This document shows, piece after piece, positions 20,574-29,525 of a stretch of 64,000 nt of DNA. Both the position numbers and the translations under genes were made by a program. The notes under the pieces are model-generated. The model had not been told where the DNA came from. It searched no databases and saw only the letters and a program-made list of their open reading frames with translations. This stretch comes from Firmicutes bacterium HGW-Firmicutes-9 (GTDB lineage Bacteria; Bacillota; Clostridia; Christensenellales; CAG-138), in NCBI GenBank assembly GCA_002841395.1, contig PGZM01000003.1:130554-194553 (forward strand). The letters run 5' to 3'. How positions within the stretch are numbered: position 1 is the first letter of the stretch; each line of letters begins with the position of its first letter.

Positions 20574-21653
20574 ATGAGCTACACATTTCCGGTGACCAGA
20601 AACCCGAACCCCAAACCCAAGCCCGATCCCAACGAGCTGGTATTTGGCAAGCAGTTCACTGACCACATGTTCGTCATGGACTATGACGAAGGCCAGGGTT
20701 GGCACGACGGACGCATTGTTCCATACGGCGATATCCTCATTAGTCCGGCGTCGAGCGTGTTTCACTACGCGCAGACGATGTTTGAGGGCATGAAGGCGTA
20801 TAAGACCGCAAGCGGGGACGTATTGCTATTTAGGCCGGAGATGAACGCGCGCCGCGTTAACCGCACCAACGAGCGCATCTGCATGCCGCAGATGGACGAG
20901 GAGCTGTTCGTTTCCGCTGTCAAAGCCACCGTTCACGAGGACAAAGACTGGGTGCCGGATGCGCCGTTTACGTCGCTCTACATCCGCCCGTTCATCATTG
21001 CGGACGATCCCGCGCTGGGCGTCAAGGCCGCGAAGCACTATCGCTTCATGATCATCTTAGCTCCCTCCGGCCCGTACTACGCGGCCAACCGCGGTAAGCT
21101 CTCCACAACGCGCATCTTCGTGGAGAATGAGTACATCCGCGCGGCGCAGGGCGGAACGGGCTATGCCAAGGTCGGCGGCAACTACGCGGGCAGCCTCCGC
21201 GCCTCGCAAAAGGCGCATGAGTGCGACTGCAACGACGTGCTCTGGCTCGACGCGTTCGAGCATAAGTACATCGAGGAGGTCGGCTCCTCAAACGCGTTCT
21301 TCTACATCGGCGACGAGGTGATCACGGCACCGCTCACGGGCACCATCCTGCCCGGCATCACGCGAGACAGCGTGCTGACGCTGCTTCGCGAGTGGGGCAT
21401 CCCCGCCATCGAGCGCAAGCTGTCCATCGATGAGGTGGTCGCGGCGTCGAAGGAAGGCAAGCTCCGTGAAGCGTTTGCAAGCGGCACCGCCGCCGTCATA
21501 TCGCCCATGGGCACGCTCAGATATCTCGGCGAAGAGTACGTGATCAACAACCGCGAGGTCGGCGCGCTGTCGCAGAAGATCTACGACACAATCACGGGCA
21601 TCCAGACCGGAAAAATTCCGGATACCCGCGGCTGGACGCAGCGCGTAGACTAA
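20574..21653 (+). CDS. ilvE: Branched-chain amino acid aminotransferase
   Basis: FGKQFTDHM, HYAQTMFEGMKAY, AKVGGNYA, ILPGITRDS, FASGTAAVISP. Confidence 0.96.
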   Translation: MSYTFPVTRNPNPKPKPDPNELVFGKQFTDHMFVMDYDEGQGWHDGRIVPYGDILISPASSVFHYAQTMFEGMKAYKTASGDVLLFRPEMNARRVNRTNERICMPQMDEELFVSAVKATVHEDKDWVPDAPFTSLYIRPFIIADDPALGVKAAKHYRFMIILAPSGPYYAANRGKLSTTRIFVENEYIRAAQGGTGYAKVGGNYAGSLRASQKAHECDCNDVLWLDAFEHKYIEEVGSSNAFFYIGDEVITAPLTGTILPGITRDSVLTLLREWGIPAIERKLSIDEVVAASKEGKLREAFASGTAAVISPMGTLRYLGEEYVINNREVGALSQKIYDTITGIQTGKIPDTRGWTQRVD

Positions 21654-21737
21654 AGTAGTAACGGATGTAATTTGCCATATACCCGCCATAACAAAATCAC
21701 ATTTGTGTTTTTGCACAGCAGGTCTATAATACACCTT

Positions 21738-21804
21738 GGTTCTGGCACGTTGCCTCGCAGTTTGGTGTGAAATAACACGAACGCGCGGTGAGCGTGCCGG
21801 ATCC
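21738..21804 (+). ncRNA. Putative small hairpin RNA, unidentified
   Basis: Long imperfect stem GGTTCTGGCACGTT...GAGCGTGCCGGATCC starting 7 nt after TATAAT (21725-21730) and followed by ATTTTT. No convincing ORF follows. Confidence 0.4.
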
Positions 21805-22188
21805 ATTTTTATATGTTTTTTACGCTCTTTTATCTTATCTGACACGTGGTTGCTCCACGACATATTTATCTTGCAAAAACATCAAAATATATATGAAAAC
21901 AGGCGCATATTTGGTTGTACCAAAAAAGCAACCACGCTATTTTCGTGCCGAATTATCAACAACGCGATCCGGCTGTGTTCAGATACTACTCGCTAATCGA
22001 GACGGCAGTATCGATTTCTTTCCAACACTCTTGACAGCGCGTTTTTCTGGCGCGATACTAGCGTTGGCGGGCGAAAATTGTGGGGAAAACAGTTCGCCCG
22101 AACGGCTGCGCGGGAGCAAAACCGCCCACCGGAATCATAGAAAAACGGTTTCGCCGCACCGGAAAAAGGCGCATTGGGAAAGGGAGAT

Positions 22189-23172
22189 ATGTTTGCATTT
22201 GCACAAGGCGTGCCCGCGTTGACGGTATGGGGCATTTGGCTTGCGGTATTTGCGGGGCTGTTCGTGTTTAACGAAGTCGCGCGCCGCTGGAAATGGGCCG
22301 GATTCGTCAGCTTCGTGGTGCTGCCCATCACGCTCTCCATCATCTGGTTTACCGCGATGAAGGACAAGATCTACACCGACTGGTTCCATCTGATGAAGGT
22401 GTATTCCGCGACCATCGGCAGCCTCGGCTTCTGGTGTATCCGCCATATTCAGAAGCGGGACAAGCTCACCGGCGAAGTCACATGGCGTCTTGCCGACGTG
22501 AAATGGGCGCTGATCTTCCCGCCGCTGATTCTCGCCGTCAACATCCTCGAGGCGTGCGCGCGCGATATCGAAGTCGGACTTACCTACTGGATGATGAACT
22601 CCGGCGCGATTGAAGGCGAGGTCACGGGCGTGCTCGGCGGTCCCTGGAACTTCATGAACGCCGCGGCCGGCATCCTGAACATCATCACCATTACGGGCTG
22701 GTTCGGCATCGTGATTCGCAGAAAGACCAAGCTCGACGGCAGCCGCGATATGCTCTGGCCGGATATGCTCTGGTTCTGGATCATCGCGTATGACCTCTGG
22801 AACTTCACCTATACCTATAACTGCATCCCGACGCATGCGTTCTATGCGGGTCTTGCGCTGCTGGCGGCGCCGACGCTCTGCGCGTTCACGCTCGGCAAAG
22901 GCGCATGGCTGCAGCACCGCGCGCAGACGCTCGCGATTTGGTGCATGTTTGCCCAGACGTTCCCGCTGTTTCAGGATAGCGGCGTGCAGATGGTCACCAG
23001 CACCTATAACCCGACGATCTACACCATCTTCGGCGCGCTGGCGCTGGCGGTCAACGTCGCGGTGTTCGTGTACATGATCTACAAGGCGGTCAAGACGAAG
23101 CGTAACCCGTACAAGGCGGAGCTTTACACCGACCTGAAGGAATACAAGGCGATCAAGGCGCTGGCGGAATAA
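22189..23172 (+). CDS. DUF5692-like polytopic membrane protein
   Basis: Hydrophobic, Trp-rich protein with WFHLMKVYSA, ILAVNILEA, DMLWPDMLWFWIIAYDLWNF and WLQHRAQTL. Start behind AGGGAG. Confidence 0.7.
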   Translation: MFAFAQGVPALTVWGIWLAVFAGLFVFNEVARRWKWAGFVSFVVLPITLSIIWFTAMKDKIYTDWFHLMKVYSATIGSLGFWCIRHIQKRDKLTGEVTWRLADVKWALIFPPLILAVNILEACARDIEVGLTYWMMNSGAIEGEVTGVLGGPWNFMNAAAGILNIITITGWFGIVIRRKTKLDGSRDMLWPDMLWFWIIAYDLWNFTYTYNCIPTHAFYAGLALLAAPTLCAFTLGKGAWLQHRAQTLAIWCMFAQTFPLFQDSGVQMVTSTYNPTIYTIFGALALAVNVAVFVYMIYKAVKTKRNPYKAELYTDLKEYKAIKALAE

Positions 23173-23197
23173 GAAGCGCAGGCAGGAGGGAAGCCAT

Positions 23198-23656
23198 ATG
23201 GAACTCGAACAGAAAAACAAGAAAGATGTGCGCGTCGTCTATCTCGTGGCGACGGTGATGTTCCTCGCGCTGATCGGGCTTTTCCTGTTTATGGTTTTCT
23301 CCGGTGTGGAGGAGCCCGCGGTCAACATTGCGGACGGGACGATTACGATCGACGTCAAGTACGGCGTGTCGTTTCCTGTGAGTGAGGTGGCGCAGGTGAC
23401 GCTGCTCCCGCAGAGCATGGATGAGATCGGCGTTGGCGAGCGCACGAACGGCTACGGCGGGTTTGATACCACGCGGCTGGGGCATTTTCACTCCGATGCT
23501 CTGGGTGATTATCTGCTGTATGCCAAGATTGATGCAAGCCCGACGATCTGGATTGACCGCGCGGGTAGCGCGGAGGATGTTTACCTGAGCTTTGAGGACA
23601 GCGCAAAGACGGAGGCTGTATTTGCCGAGTTGAGTGCGGTTGTGCCGCAGGGGTAA
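23198..23656 (+). CDS. Membrane-anchored bacterial PH-domain-like protein
   Basis: One N-terminal TM segment, then RTNGYGG...LGHF. Good RBS (GGAGG). Confidence 0.55.
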   Translation: MELEQKNKKDVRVVYLVATVMFLALIGLFLFMVFSGVEEPAVNIADGTITIDVKYGVSFPVSEVAQVTLLPQSMDEIGVGERTNGYGGFDTTRLGHFHSDALGDYLLYAKIDASPTIWIDRAGSAEDVYLSFEDSAKTEAVFAELSAVVPQG

Positions 23657-23690
23657 GCAGGGGAACAGAATATCGCGAAAAATAGCAGAA

Positions 23691-23726
23691 AACAGCCTCT
23701 TCCGAGTGATCGGGAGGGGCTGTTTT
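23691..23726. terminator. Bidirectional terminator at the edge of the AT-rich gene
   Basis: AAACAGCCTCTTCCGA-gtga-TCGGGAGGGGCTGTTTT. Confidence 0.75.
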
Positions 23727-23745
23727 GGAGATAGAAGGAAGATTG

Positions 23746-25665
23746 CTAAAACTTTTTATTCAGTATTTCAAACAACTTCGTAAAATTGCTTAGCGTTTCC
23801 TCCGATAATGTTATTGAAGAGATATTCTTTGCTAAATAGTTTGCAGGCGAATAATGATTGAAATTCTTGTCGGAATTTAGTTTCTTCAACTGATCCATAA
23901 TTGGTTTCGCGGAGTCAATGTTCTTTAAGGCAATGTTTTTAGAAAAAGCTTGATTGTAAAGATTTAAGTAGTCATCAATGGAAAACATATCTTCAACATC
24001 GGCAAATGAGGTGTTTAGAATTTGTTGATAAAAAACAACCTTTTTGTCTTTAATCAGGTTCTGAGTAATTAAACTATCTACTCGTGCTTTCGCTGAAGCA
24101 TCGGTAAAGGTATCAAGTAAACATACGGTATTTAACTCATTGCCTCTTAACAGGGAGATAAAAGTTGCGATTTTATCCGCACCTCCTACTGGGACAATCG
24201 TCACATCATCTCGTAAGCAAGGCTTATCAAGCGCTTTTAAGTGGTTAGAAAGCACGTTTAAGTATACTAAGTCGGCTATGCCTTCTACAAGCAAGTTCTT
24301 CTCAGAAACAAAAAGATTCTGAGCGATAGTATAACCTAAAGCAGCTTGTAATGGGAAAAGTGTGTTTGGGTCTTTCTCCTGTAAACTATCTGATATATGC
24401 GTACCATCTTCTTTTTCCAATACAGTCCTCACTCTGTTCAATCTGCCAGAATCGATCATGAAAGGAGAATGTGTTGTGTAAAGAATCTGATAATCCTTTG
24501 ATAAATCTTCAATAAATTTAAGCAGGTCATCCTGAGCCATTGCGTGTAAGTTGAGACCGGGTTCATCTAGAAGAAGTATATACGTACTCTTCTTATCTTC
24601 TTGTATCTTTTTAAACCAAACCAGAAAAGAGAAGAACCAATTGAAACCTCTGCTTCGATTAGCAAGAGGCAATGAAACCATACTTCTTAGATTAAGAACT
24701 CGTACATCAAGAACGTTATCTACTATTTGCTGGTTGTTATTTGGATCTGTACGCACAACTTTATCAATATCAAATTGTATGCGCAGGTTGTTATTTGTAG
24801 TCCAATATTTAAACAATTCTTCGGAAATAATTGCTTGGGTTGCTTCCAACTCGGCTTTAAAGTCCTCGAATGAAGATGCGTTAATTATATTCTTTGTGTT
24901 GATATCGGATAATTCAAGTAAAGCCCGCGCAGTTTTCTCCGAGTTATCCTTGATATTTCCCTGATTGATTCTGTTAATTGAGATTCTCGAAGTTAAAGCA
25001 TAATAGTCATCATAGTACATGAACTTCGGAATATTAGGTTCAATATGAGTTCGAAAAATATATTCAATGAGCGGGTCGGACCACTTCGAGGGATTTTCAA
25101 AGTATTTCCTAATCTTTTTTAATGCAGCAATATCATCGCTAGATTCCCCTCCTGATGTAAGCGATGCTAAGTAAGCATCGAATTCAGCTGAGCAGGTTAC
25201 CGTTAAGAGCATATCTCTATGCTTTTCATTAAGTATTCCAACGCTCTTTAATACTTTTGAAATAAAAGTTTTATCTAGAAAGATGAAGGGGTTAAATCCA
25301 ATTTTTCTATTATTGTCGTACAAAGCCGTATAAGTGAAATTCGAGCAATTGAATGGAATCATGATATCCGCACTTATTTGATCTTGCAGCGGTTTGCTGA
25401 TTGCATATTCCAACTCAACAGCTTCGGGTATTTCCCCTTTACGATCTACGGATTTTTTCAATTTGCGCGGATAATCATGAGTTAAATTGAACTTATATGT
25501 AGGGTCGTTAGTAAAGTAATTAACTTTTGCCAACGCTTCTAGCAAGCTTGTTTTACCTGACTCGTTCATACCAACTAATACGGTTACATCAGGTTCAATT
25601 TCGAAGGATTGTTCTGACTCAACGCACTTAAACTTGAAAATTGTCGCTTTTATGAGTTTTATCAT
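23746..25665 (-). CDS. OLD-family ATP-dependent nuclease (ABC-type ATPase plus TOPRIM), candidate anti-phage gene
   Basis: Walker A GMNESGKT, signature SRGFNWF, Walker B LLLDEPG, H-loop TTHSPFM, TOPRIM LLVEGIAD, VGGADK and DVEDMF. Markedly AT-rich compared with its flanks. Confidence 0.85.
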   Translation of the reverse strand: MIKLIKATIFKFKCVESEQSFEIEPDVTVLVGMNESGKTSLLEALAKVNYFTNDPTYKFNLTHDYPRKLKKSVDRKGEIPEAVELEYAISKPLQDQISADIMIPFNCSNFTYTALYDNNRKIGFNPFIFLDKTFISKVLKSVGILNEKHRDMLLTVTCSAEFDAYLASLTSGGESSDDIAALKKIRKYFENPSKWSDPLIEYIFRTHIEPNIPKFMYYDDYYALTSRISINRINQGNIKDNSEKTARALLELSDINTKNIINASSFEDFKAELEATQAIISEELFKYWTTNNNLRIQFDIDKVVRTDPNNNQQIVDNVLDVRVLNLRSMVSLPLANRSRGFNWFFSFLVWFKKIQEDKKSTYILLLDEPGLNLHAMAQDDLLKFIEDLSKDYQILYTTHSPFMIDSGRLNRVRTVLEKEDGTHISDSLQEKDPNTLFPLQAALGYTIAQNLFVSEKNLLVEGIADLVYLNVLSNHLKALDKPCLRDDVTIVPVGGADKIATFISLLRGNELNTVCLLDTFTDASAKARVDSLITQNLIKDKKVVFYQQILNTSFADVEDMFSIDDYLNLYNQAFSKNIALKNIDSAKPIMDQLKKLNSDKNFNHYSPANYLAKNISSITLSEETLSNFTKLFEILNKKF

Positions 25666-25809
25666 AATTTCCCCCTACAAGATATTTTCAATATTATACC
25701 ACTGATATTGGTGACTGAAAAGAACAAGAAAATTTTTAAATAGGTGAAACGTTGATAATTGCAGATTTAAAAATAGATTGGATAGTAAGCAAATAAAGTC
25801 AACTGTTTT

Positions 25810-26409
25810 TCAATACCCCAAACTCTCCCCAACCAAAACAACCTCCGTCACCTTCACACTCCTCATCGGCCAAAGCAGCGTCACCACGCCGCAGCAGATG
25901 CGGTCTTTGCTCGCGCAATTATAGCACCTGATCTCCTCGCCAACCGCGCACGGCGTCTTCAACCCCAGCCTGCGCGTGTTCAGCGGCGCCGCGATATTCC
26001 GCGCGCGGTGCATCGCGCGCTCATAATCCTCCGCAATCTTATTCACCCCAACCACAAACACCACCCGCTCGTGGTTATACAGCGTCGCCGCGACGCGGTT
26101 GCCACTGCCGTCGATATTGACGATTTCGCCCGTCTCGGCGAGGCCGTTAACGGAGCTGAGGTAAACCTCTGCGCCTGCCGCGGCCGTACGCGTCGCAAAA
26201 TCGTTCGTGCGCCAGTGCCAATAGACGGTGTTATGCTCCGTCAGCCTTTCGTACAGCCCCATCTGCTCGATGGTCATGCTGCCGCCGATGCCGACGGATT
26301 TGCCGCGGATGCTCTCGTCGAGATAATCTGCCGCCGCTTTTGCCGACTCAAAATAACGCACTTCAAACCCCCCGCGCTTGAGGGAATCCATCGTCCGCTG
26401 AACGTTCAT
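25810..26409 (-). CDS. LUD-domain (LutC/YkgG-like) lactate utilisation protein
   Basis: VGIGGSMT, YLSSVNGL, NIDGSGNRVA, VVGVNKI, and C-terminal Cys cluster CYNC...RIC. Confidence 0.85.
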   Translation of the reverse strand: MNVQRTMDSLKRGGFEVRYFESAKAAADYLDESIRGKSVGIGGSMTIEQMGLYERLTEHNTVYWHWRTNDFATRTAAAGAEVYLSSVNGLAETGEIVNIDGSGNRVAATLYNHERVVFVVGVNKIAEDYERAMHRARNIAAPLNTRRLGLKTPCAVGEEIRCYNCASKDRICCGVVTLLWPMRSVKVTEVVLVGESLGY

Positions 26410-26655
26410 AATTCGTTTCTCCTTTGCTGCTGCACGGCAGGTCTCCCGCCGCGAAAATGAATGAGATCAAACTTTACGGGTATTATACCACGTGCGCACG
26501 GCTTGCGGTTGTTGACAAATGTGCAACCCGCGCCGTCGAATTTAGGTTGACGGGGCGCAAAGCGGTCGTATAATAAAAGTAGAGAGATCCTTCAGCCCAA
26601 TGTATGAACAAGGAGCAGAAGAACGAAGATTGATATGACAGAAGGAGTGAATGAA

Positions 26656-27027
26656 ATGAAGAAGATTGAAACAGACAAAGCCCCGGCGGCCATCGGCCCG
26701 TATTCGCAGGCGATCGTAAGCGGCGGGTTTGTGTTTGTCTCCGGTCAGATTCCGATGGATCCGGCGACAGGGGAAATCGTAGCCTCGGATATTTTTCTGC
26801 AGACCGAACAGGTGATGAAAAATCTCCGCGCCGTACTGGAAGCCGCCGGCAGCGACCTCACCCGCGTGGTGAAGGCGACGTGCTATCTGGCAAGCATGGA
26901 TGACTTTGACGCGTTCAACGTGATCTACAGCCAATATATGGCGAGCCGTCCCGCCCGCGCTTGCATCGCGGCAAAGACGCTGCCCAAGCATGTGCTCTGC
27001 GAAGTGGAAGTCATCGCAGAAGTTTGA
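26656..27027 (+). CDS. RidA/YjgF family enamine-imine deaminase
   Basis: APAAIGPYSQA, FVSGQIP, RPARAC, LPK..CEVE. Confidence 0.93.
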   Translation: MKKIETDKAPAAIGPYSQAIVSGGFVFVSGQIPMDPATGEIVASDIFLQTEQVMKNLRAVLEAAGSDLTRVVKATCYLASMDDFDAFNVIYSQYMASRPARACIAAKTLPKHVLCEVEVIAEV

Positions 27028-27058
27028 TGATCTGATTTTCCGGCGCGTGCCGGAGTAA

Positions 27059-27091
27059 GAAAAAAGCGGGGTCGTACCACCCCGCTTTTTT
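27059..27091 (+). terminator. Intrinsic terminator after the RidA gene
   Basis: AAAAAAGCGGGG...CCCCGCTTTTTT-like stem followed by a T-run. Confidence 0.75.
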
Positions 27092-27402
27092 GCTGCCGAA
27101 AATTCTTGTGGGAAAAGTCCTGCTTTCGAATCGCGTTTCAACTGATATAAGGAAGAAGGAACACTCCTTTGGCAAAAGCCAAAAATGCAATTGAAAGCAA
27201 AAACGAAAACAATCCGCAACCCGAATTTGCGGCAGGAGGGCATGCCCTCTAACTTTGTATTATCATATATTTTGTTCGCCTGCGCAAGAAAAAACGCGAG
27301 AAATCGGGCGTTTTGCGGCGATTTTGCGGATTTGCGGTGCATGAATGAACGTTGAGTACAGAAGAACGCGAGAAAAAACACAGTTGCGCGAAAATAATTC
27401 TG

Positions 27403-27422
27403 TACTTTAGCGCGATAAAGTG
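27403..27422. promoter_or_regulatory. HisR (TrpR/YerC)-type operator palindrome
   Basis: TACTTTA-GCGCGA-TAAAGTG, 80 bp upstream of the yerC-like gene that heads the his operon. Confidence 0.7.
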
Positions 27423-27502
27423 ATAAAATGCGTAGGACGTAAAAATCACAATACCGCGCGAGAGAACATGCGCGGAAAACAAAAACCAAAGGAAGTGCCA
27501 AT

Positions 27503-27802
27503 ATGGGTTTACCGAGAAATAAACAGACGGACGCGCTCTTTTCCTCCATGCTTCTGTTGGAGAACGTAGAGGAGTGCTATCGATATTTTGAGGATCTCTG
27601 CACGATTCAGGAGATTCGCGACCTCGGCCAGCGGCTGGAGATCGCCAAAGCGCTCGACGCGGGCGACACCTACCAGAGCGCGATTGAGAAAACCGGCGTA
27701 AGCACCGCGACCATTGGGCGCGTGAAGCGCTGCCTGCACCACGGCGCGGGCGGCTACCGGCTGATTCTGGATCGCATGAAAACGGAGGAACCGCGCAAAT
27801 GA
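27503..27802 (+). CDS. YerC/YecD TrpR-like repressor (HisR)
   Basis: EECYRYFEDLCTIQEI..LGQRLEIA..L, and TGVSTATIGRVKRCL. First gene of the his operon. Confidence 0.88.
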   Translation: MGLPRNKQTDALFSSMLLLENVEECYRYFEDLCTIQEIRDLGQRLEIAKALDAGDTYQSAIEKTGVSTATIGRVKRCLHHGAGGYRLILDRMKTEEPRK

Positions 27803-28896
27803 AACCCGAAACGATGACCACGCAGGAACGAATCGGATTCGAGCTGCGCGAACTCTACCTAAGCTGCGGCTACCGTCCGTATAAGGTCGGAAAATTCGAA
27901 GAATACGACCTGTACATGCGCAACAAAAAGTTTCTCGCCAGCGAACAGGTGCTCACCTTCAGCGACACCAACGGCAAGCTCAAGGCGCTGAAGCCGGATG
28001 TAACGCTCTCCATCGTGAAAAACGCAAAGGACGACGGGCGCACGCAAAAGCTCTGTTACAGCGAGACCGTCTACCGCGTGCCGCGAAACGCCTACGGCTT
28101 CCGCGAAATCGTGCAGACAGGTTTAGAATGCATCGGCAGAGTGGACGACTACGCGGCAGGCGAGGTGCTGATGCTCGCGGCGCGGAGCCTTGAGAAGATC
28201 AGCCCGCGCTATGTGCTGGATGTGTCGGATGTCGGCGTGCTTTCGGGCGTGCTGGCGGAGGAACCCATCGGCGACGGCGAGTGCGCAAAGCTACTCTCTC
28301 TCGTCGGGGAAAAGAATCTGCACGGGCTAGCTGACGCCTGCGCGGAGATGGGTGTTTCCGCGCTCACGCAGGAGCGGCTAGCGAAACTGGTCACCGCCTG
28401 CGGCCCGCTGCAGGAGACATTGGAACGCGTGGAGTCGCTCGACCTGCCGCAGACGAGCCGCGAAGCGCTCGCAGGGTTGAAACGCATGAGCGATATGCTC
28501 GGCGTTTACGGCGTCGGCAACGTGAACCTCGACTTTTCGGTCGTCAACGATATGGACTATTACAACGGCCTCGTTTTCCGCGGCTTTGTGGAGGGGATTC
28601 CGGCTGGCATCCTCGCGGGCGGGCGGTATGATAACCTCTTGTTGCGTATGGGCAAGCACGGCGAGGCGATCGGCTTTGCGGTCTATCTGGACCAGCTGGA
28701 GCGACTCTCCGGCGCGAAAACCGCGCACGAAGCGGAGGCGCTGGTGCTCTACGACGACACGACAGACCCGCTCGAGATCGTCCGTGCGACGGAAACACTT
28801 CGTGCGCGCGGCTTGAGCTTCCGCGTCCAGCGGGAGGAAGAACCCTGCCCGAACTGCCGCGAGATCGTCCGGCTCACGAAGGAGGCAAACGTATGA
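27799..28896 (+). CDS. hisZ: ATP phosphoribosyltransferase regulatory subunit
   Basis: HisRS-like motifs LKPDVTLSI, QTGLECIG, YYNGLVF, GGRYD. Precedes a short HisG. Confidence 0.9.
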   Translation: MKPETMTTQERIGFELRELYLSCGYRPYKVGKFEEYDLYMRNKKFLASEQVLTFSDTNGKLKALKPDVTLSIVKNAKDDGRTQKLCYSETVYRVPRNAYGFREIVQTGLECIGRVDDYAAGEVLMLAARSLEKISPRYVLDVSDVGVLSGVLAEEPIGDGECAKLLSLVGEKNLHGLADACAEMGVSALTQERLAKLVTACGPLQETLERVESLDLPQTSREALAGLKRMSDMLGVYGVGNVNLDFSVVNDMDYYNGLVFRGFVEGIPAGILAGGRYDNLLLRMGKHGEAIGFAVYLDQLERLSGAKTAHEAEALVLYDDTTDPLEIVRATETLRARGLSFRVQREEEPCPNCREIVRLTKEANV

Positions 28897-29525
28897 AACG
28901 CATCATTAACGTCGCCCTGCCGAAAGGCCGGCTTGGCGAAAAAGCATATGCGCTGTTTGCCCGCGCGGGATATGATTGCCCCGAACTACTGGAAGAAAAC
29001 CGCAAGCTTACGTTTGAAAACGAAGCGGCGGGCGTGCGCTATTTCTGGGTGAAGCCTTCGGATGTGGCGATCTATGTCGAGCGGGGAGCTGCCGACATCG
29101 GCGTGGCGGGCAAGGATATCCTTTCCGAGTACGCACCGGATGTCTACGAGCTGCTGGATCTGAAGATGGGCAAGTGCCGTATGTGTGTCGCAGGGCCGAA
29201 GGATTTTTCGGACGCGCACACGGGCATCCTGCGTGTGGCGACGAAGTTTCCAGCCATCGCGCGCCGCTATTATGCCGCGCAGAGCCGGGAGATCGACGTC
29301 ATCCGCCTCAACGGTTCCATCGAGCTTGCGCCCATTCTGGGGCTCTCGGACGTGATCGTGGACATCGTGGAGACGGGCAAAACCCTCGCGGAGAACGGCC
29401 TTGGCGTGCTGGAAGAGATCGAGCCCGTCAGCGCGCGGCTGATCGCGAACAAGGCGCACTATAAGTTTAAGGGCGAAGAGATCGAAGCCCTGCGCAAGAA
29501 GCTGGAACAGGCGGTGAACGCATGA
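28893..29525 (+). CDS. hisG: ATP phosphoribosyltransferase (short form)
   Basis: VALPKGRL, DIGVAGKD, VATKFP, GSIELAP, DIVETG. Confidence 0.96.
   Translation: MKRIINVALPKGRLGEKAYALFARAGYDCPELLEENRKLTFENEAAGVRYFWVKPSDVAIYVERGAADIGVAGKDILSEYAPDVYELLDLKMGKCRMCVAGPKDFSDAHTGILRVATKFPAIARRYYAAQSREIDVIRLNGSIELAPILGLSDVIVDIVETGKTLAENGLGVLEEIEPVSARLIANKAHYKFKGEEIEALRKKLEQAVNA

Noticed and set aside
21788..22222. 144-aa plus-strand ORF in the ilvE-DUF5692 gap
   Set aside because: No RBS or motifs, atypical composition, and it overlaps the hairpin and the next promoter.
23746..25665. Calling the OLD gene Gabija, retron or PARIS
   Set aside because: No UvrD helicase, reverse transcriptase or second subunit gene is adjacent.
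27169..27252. 27-aa TTG-start ORF upstream of the his operon as a possible His leader peptide
   Set aside because: It has only one His codon and no terminator/antiterminator before hisR, and the operator palindrome already explains regulation.
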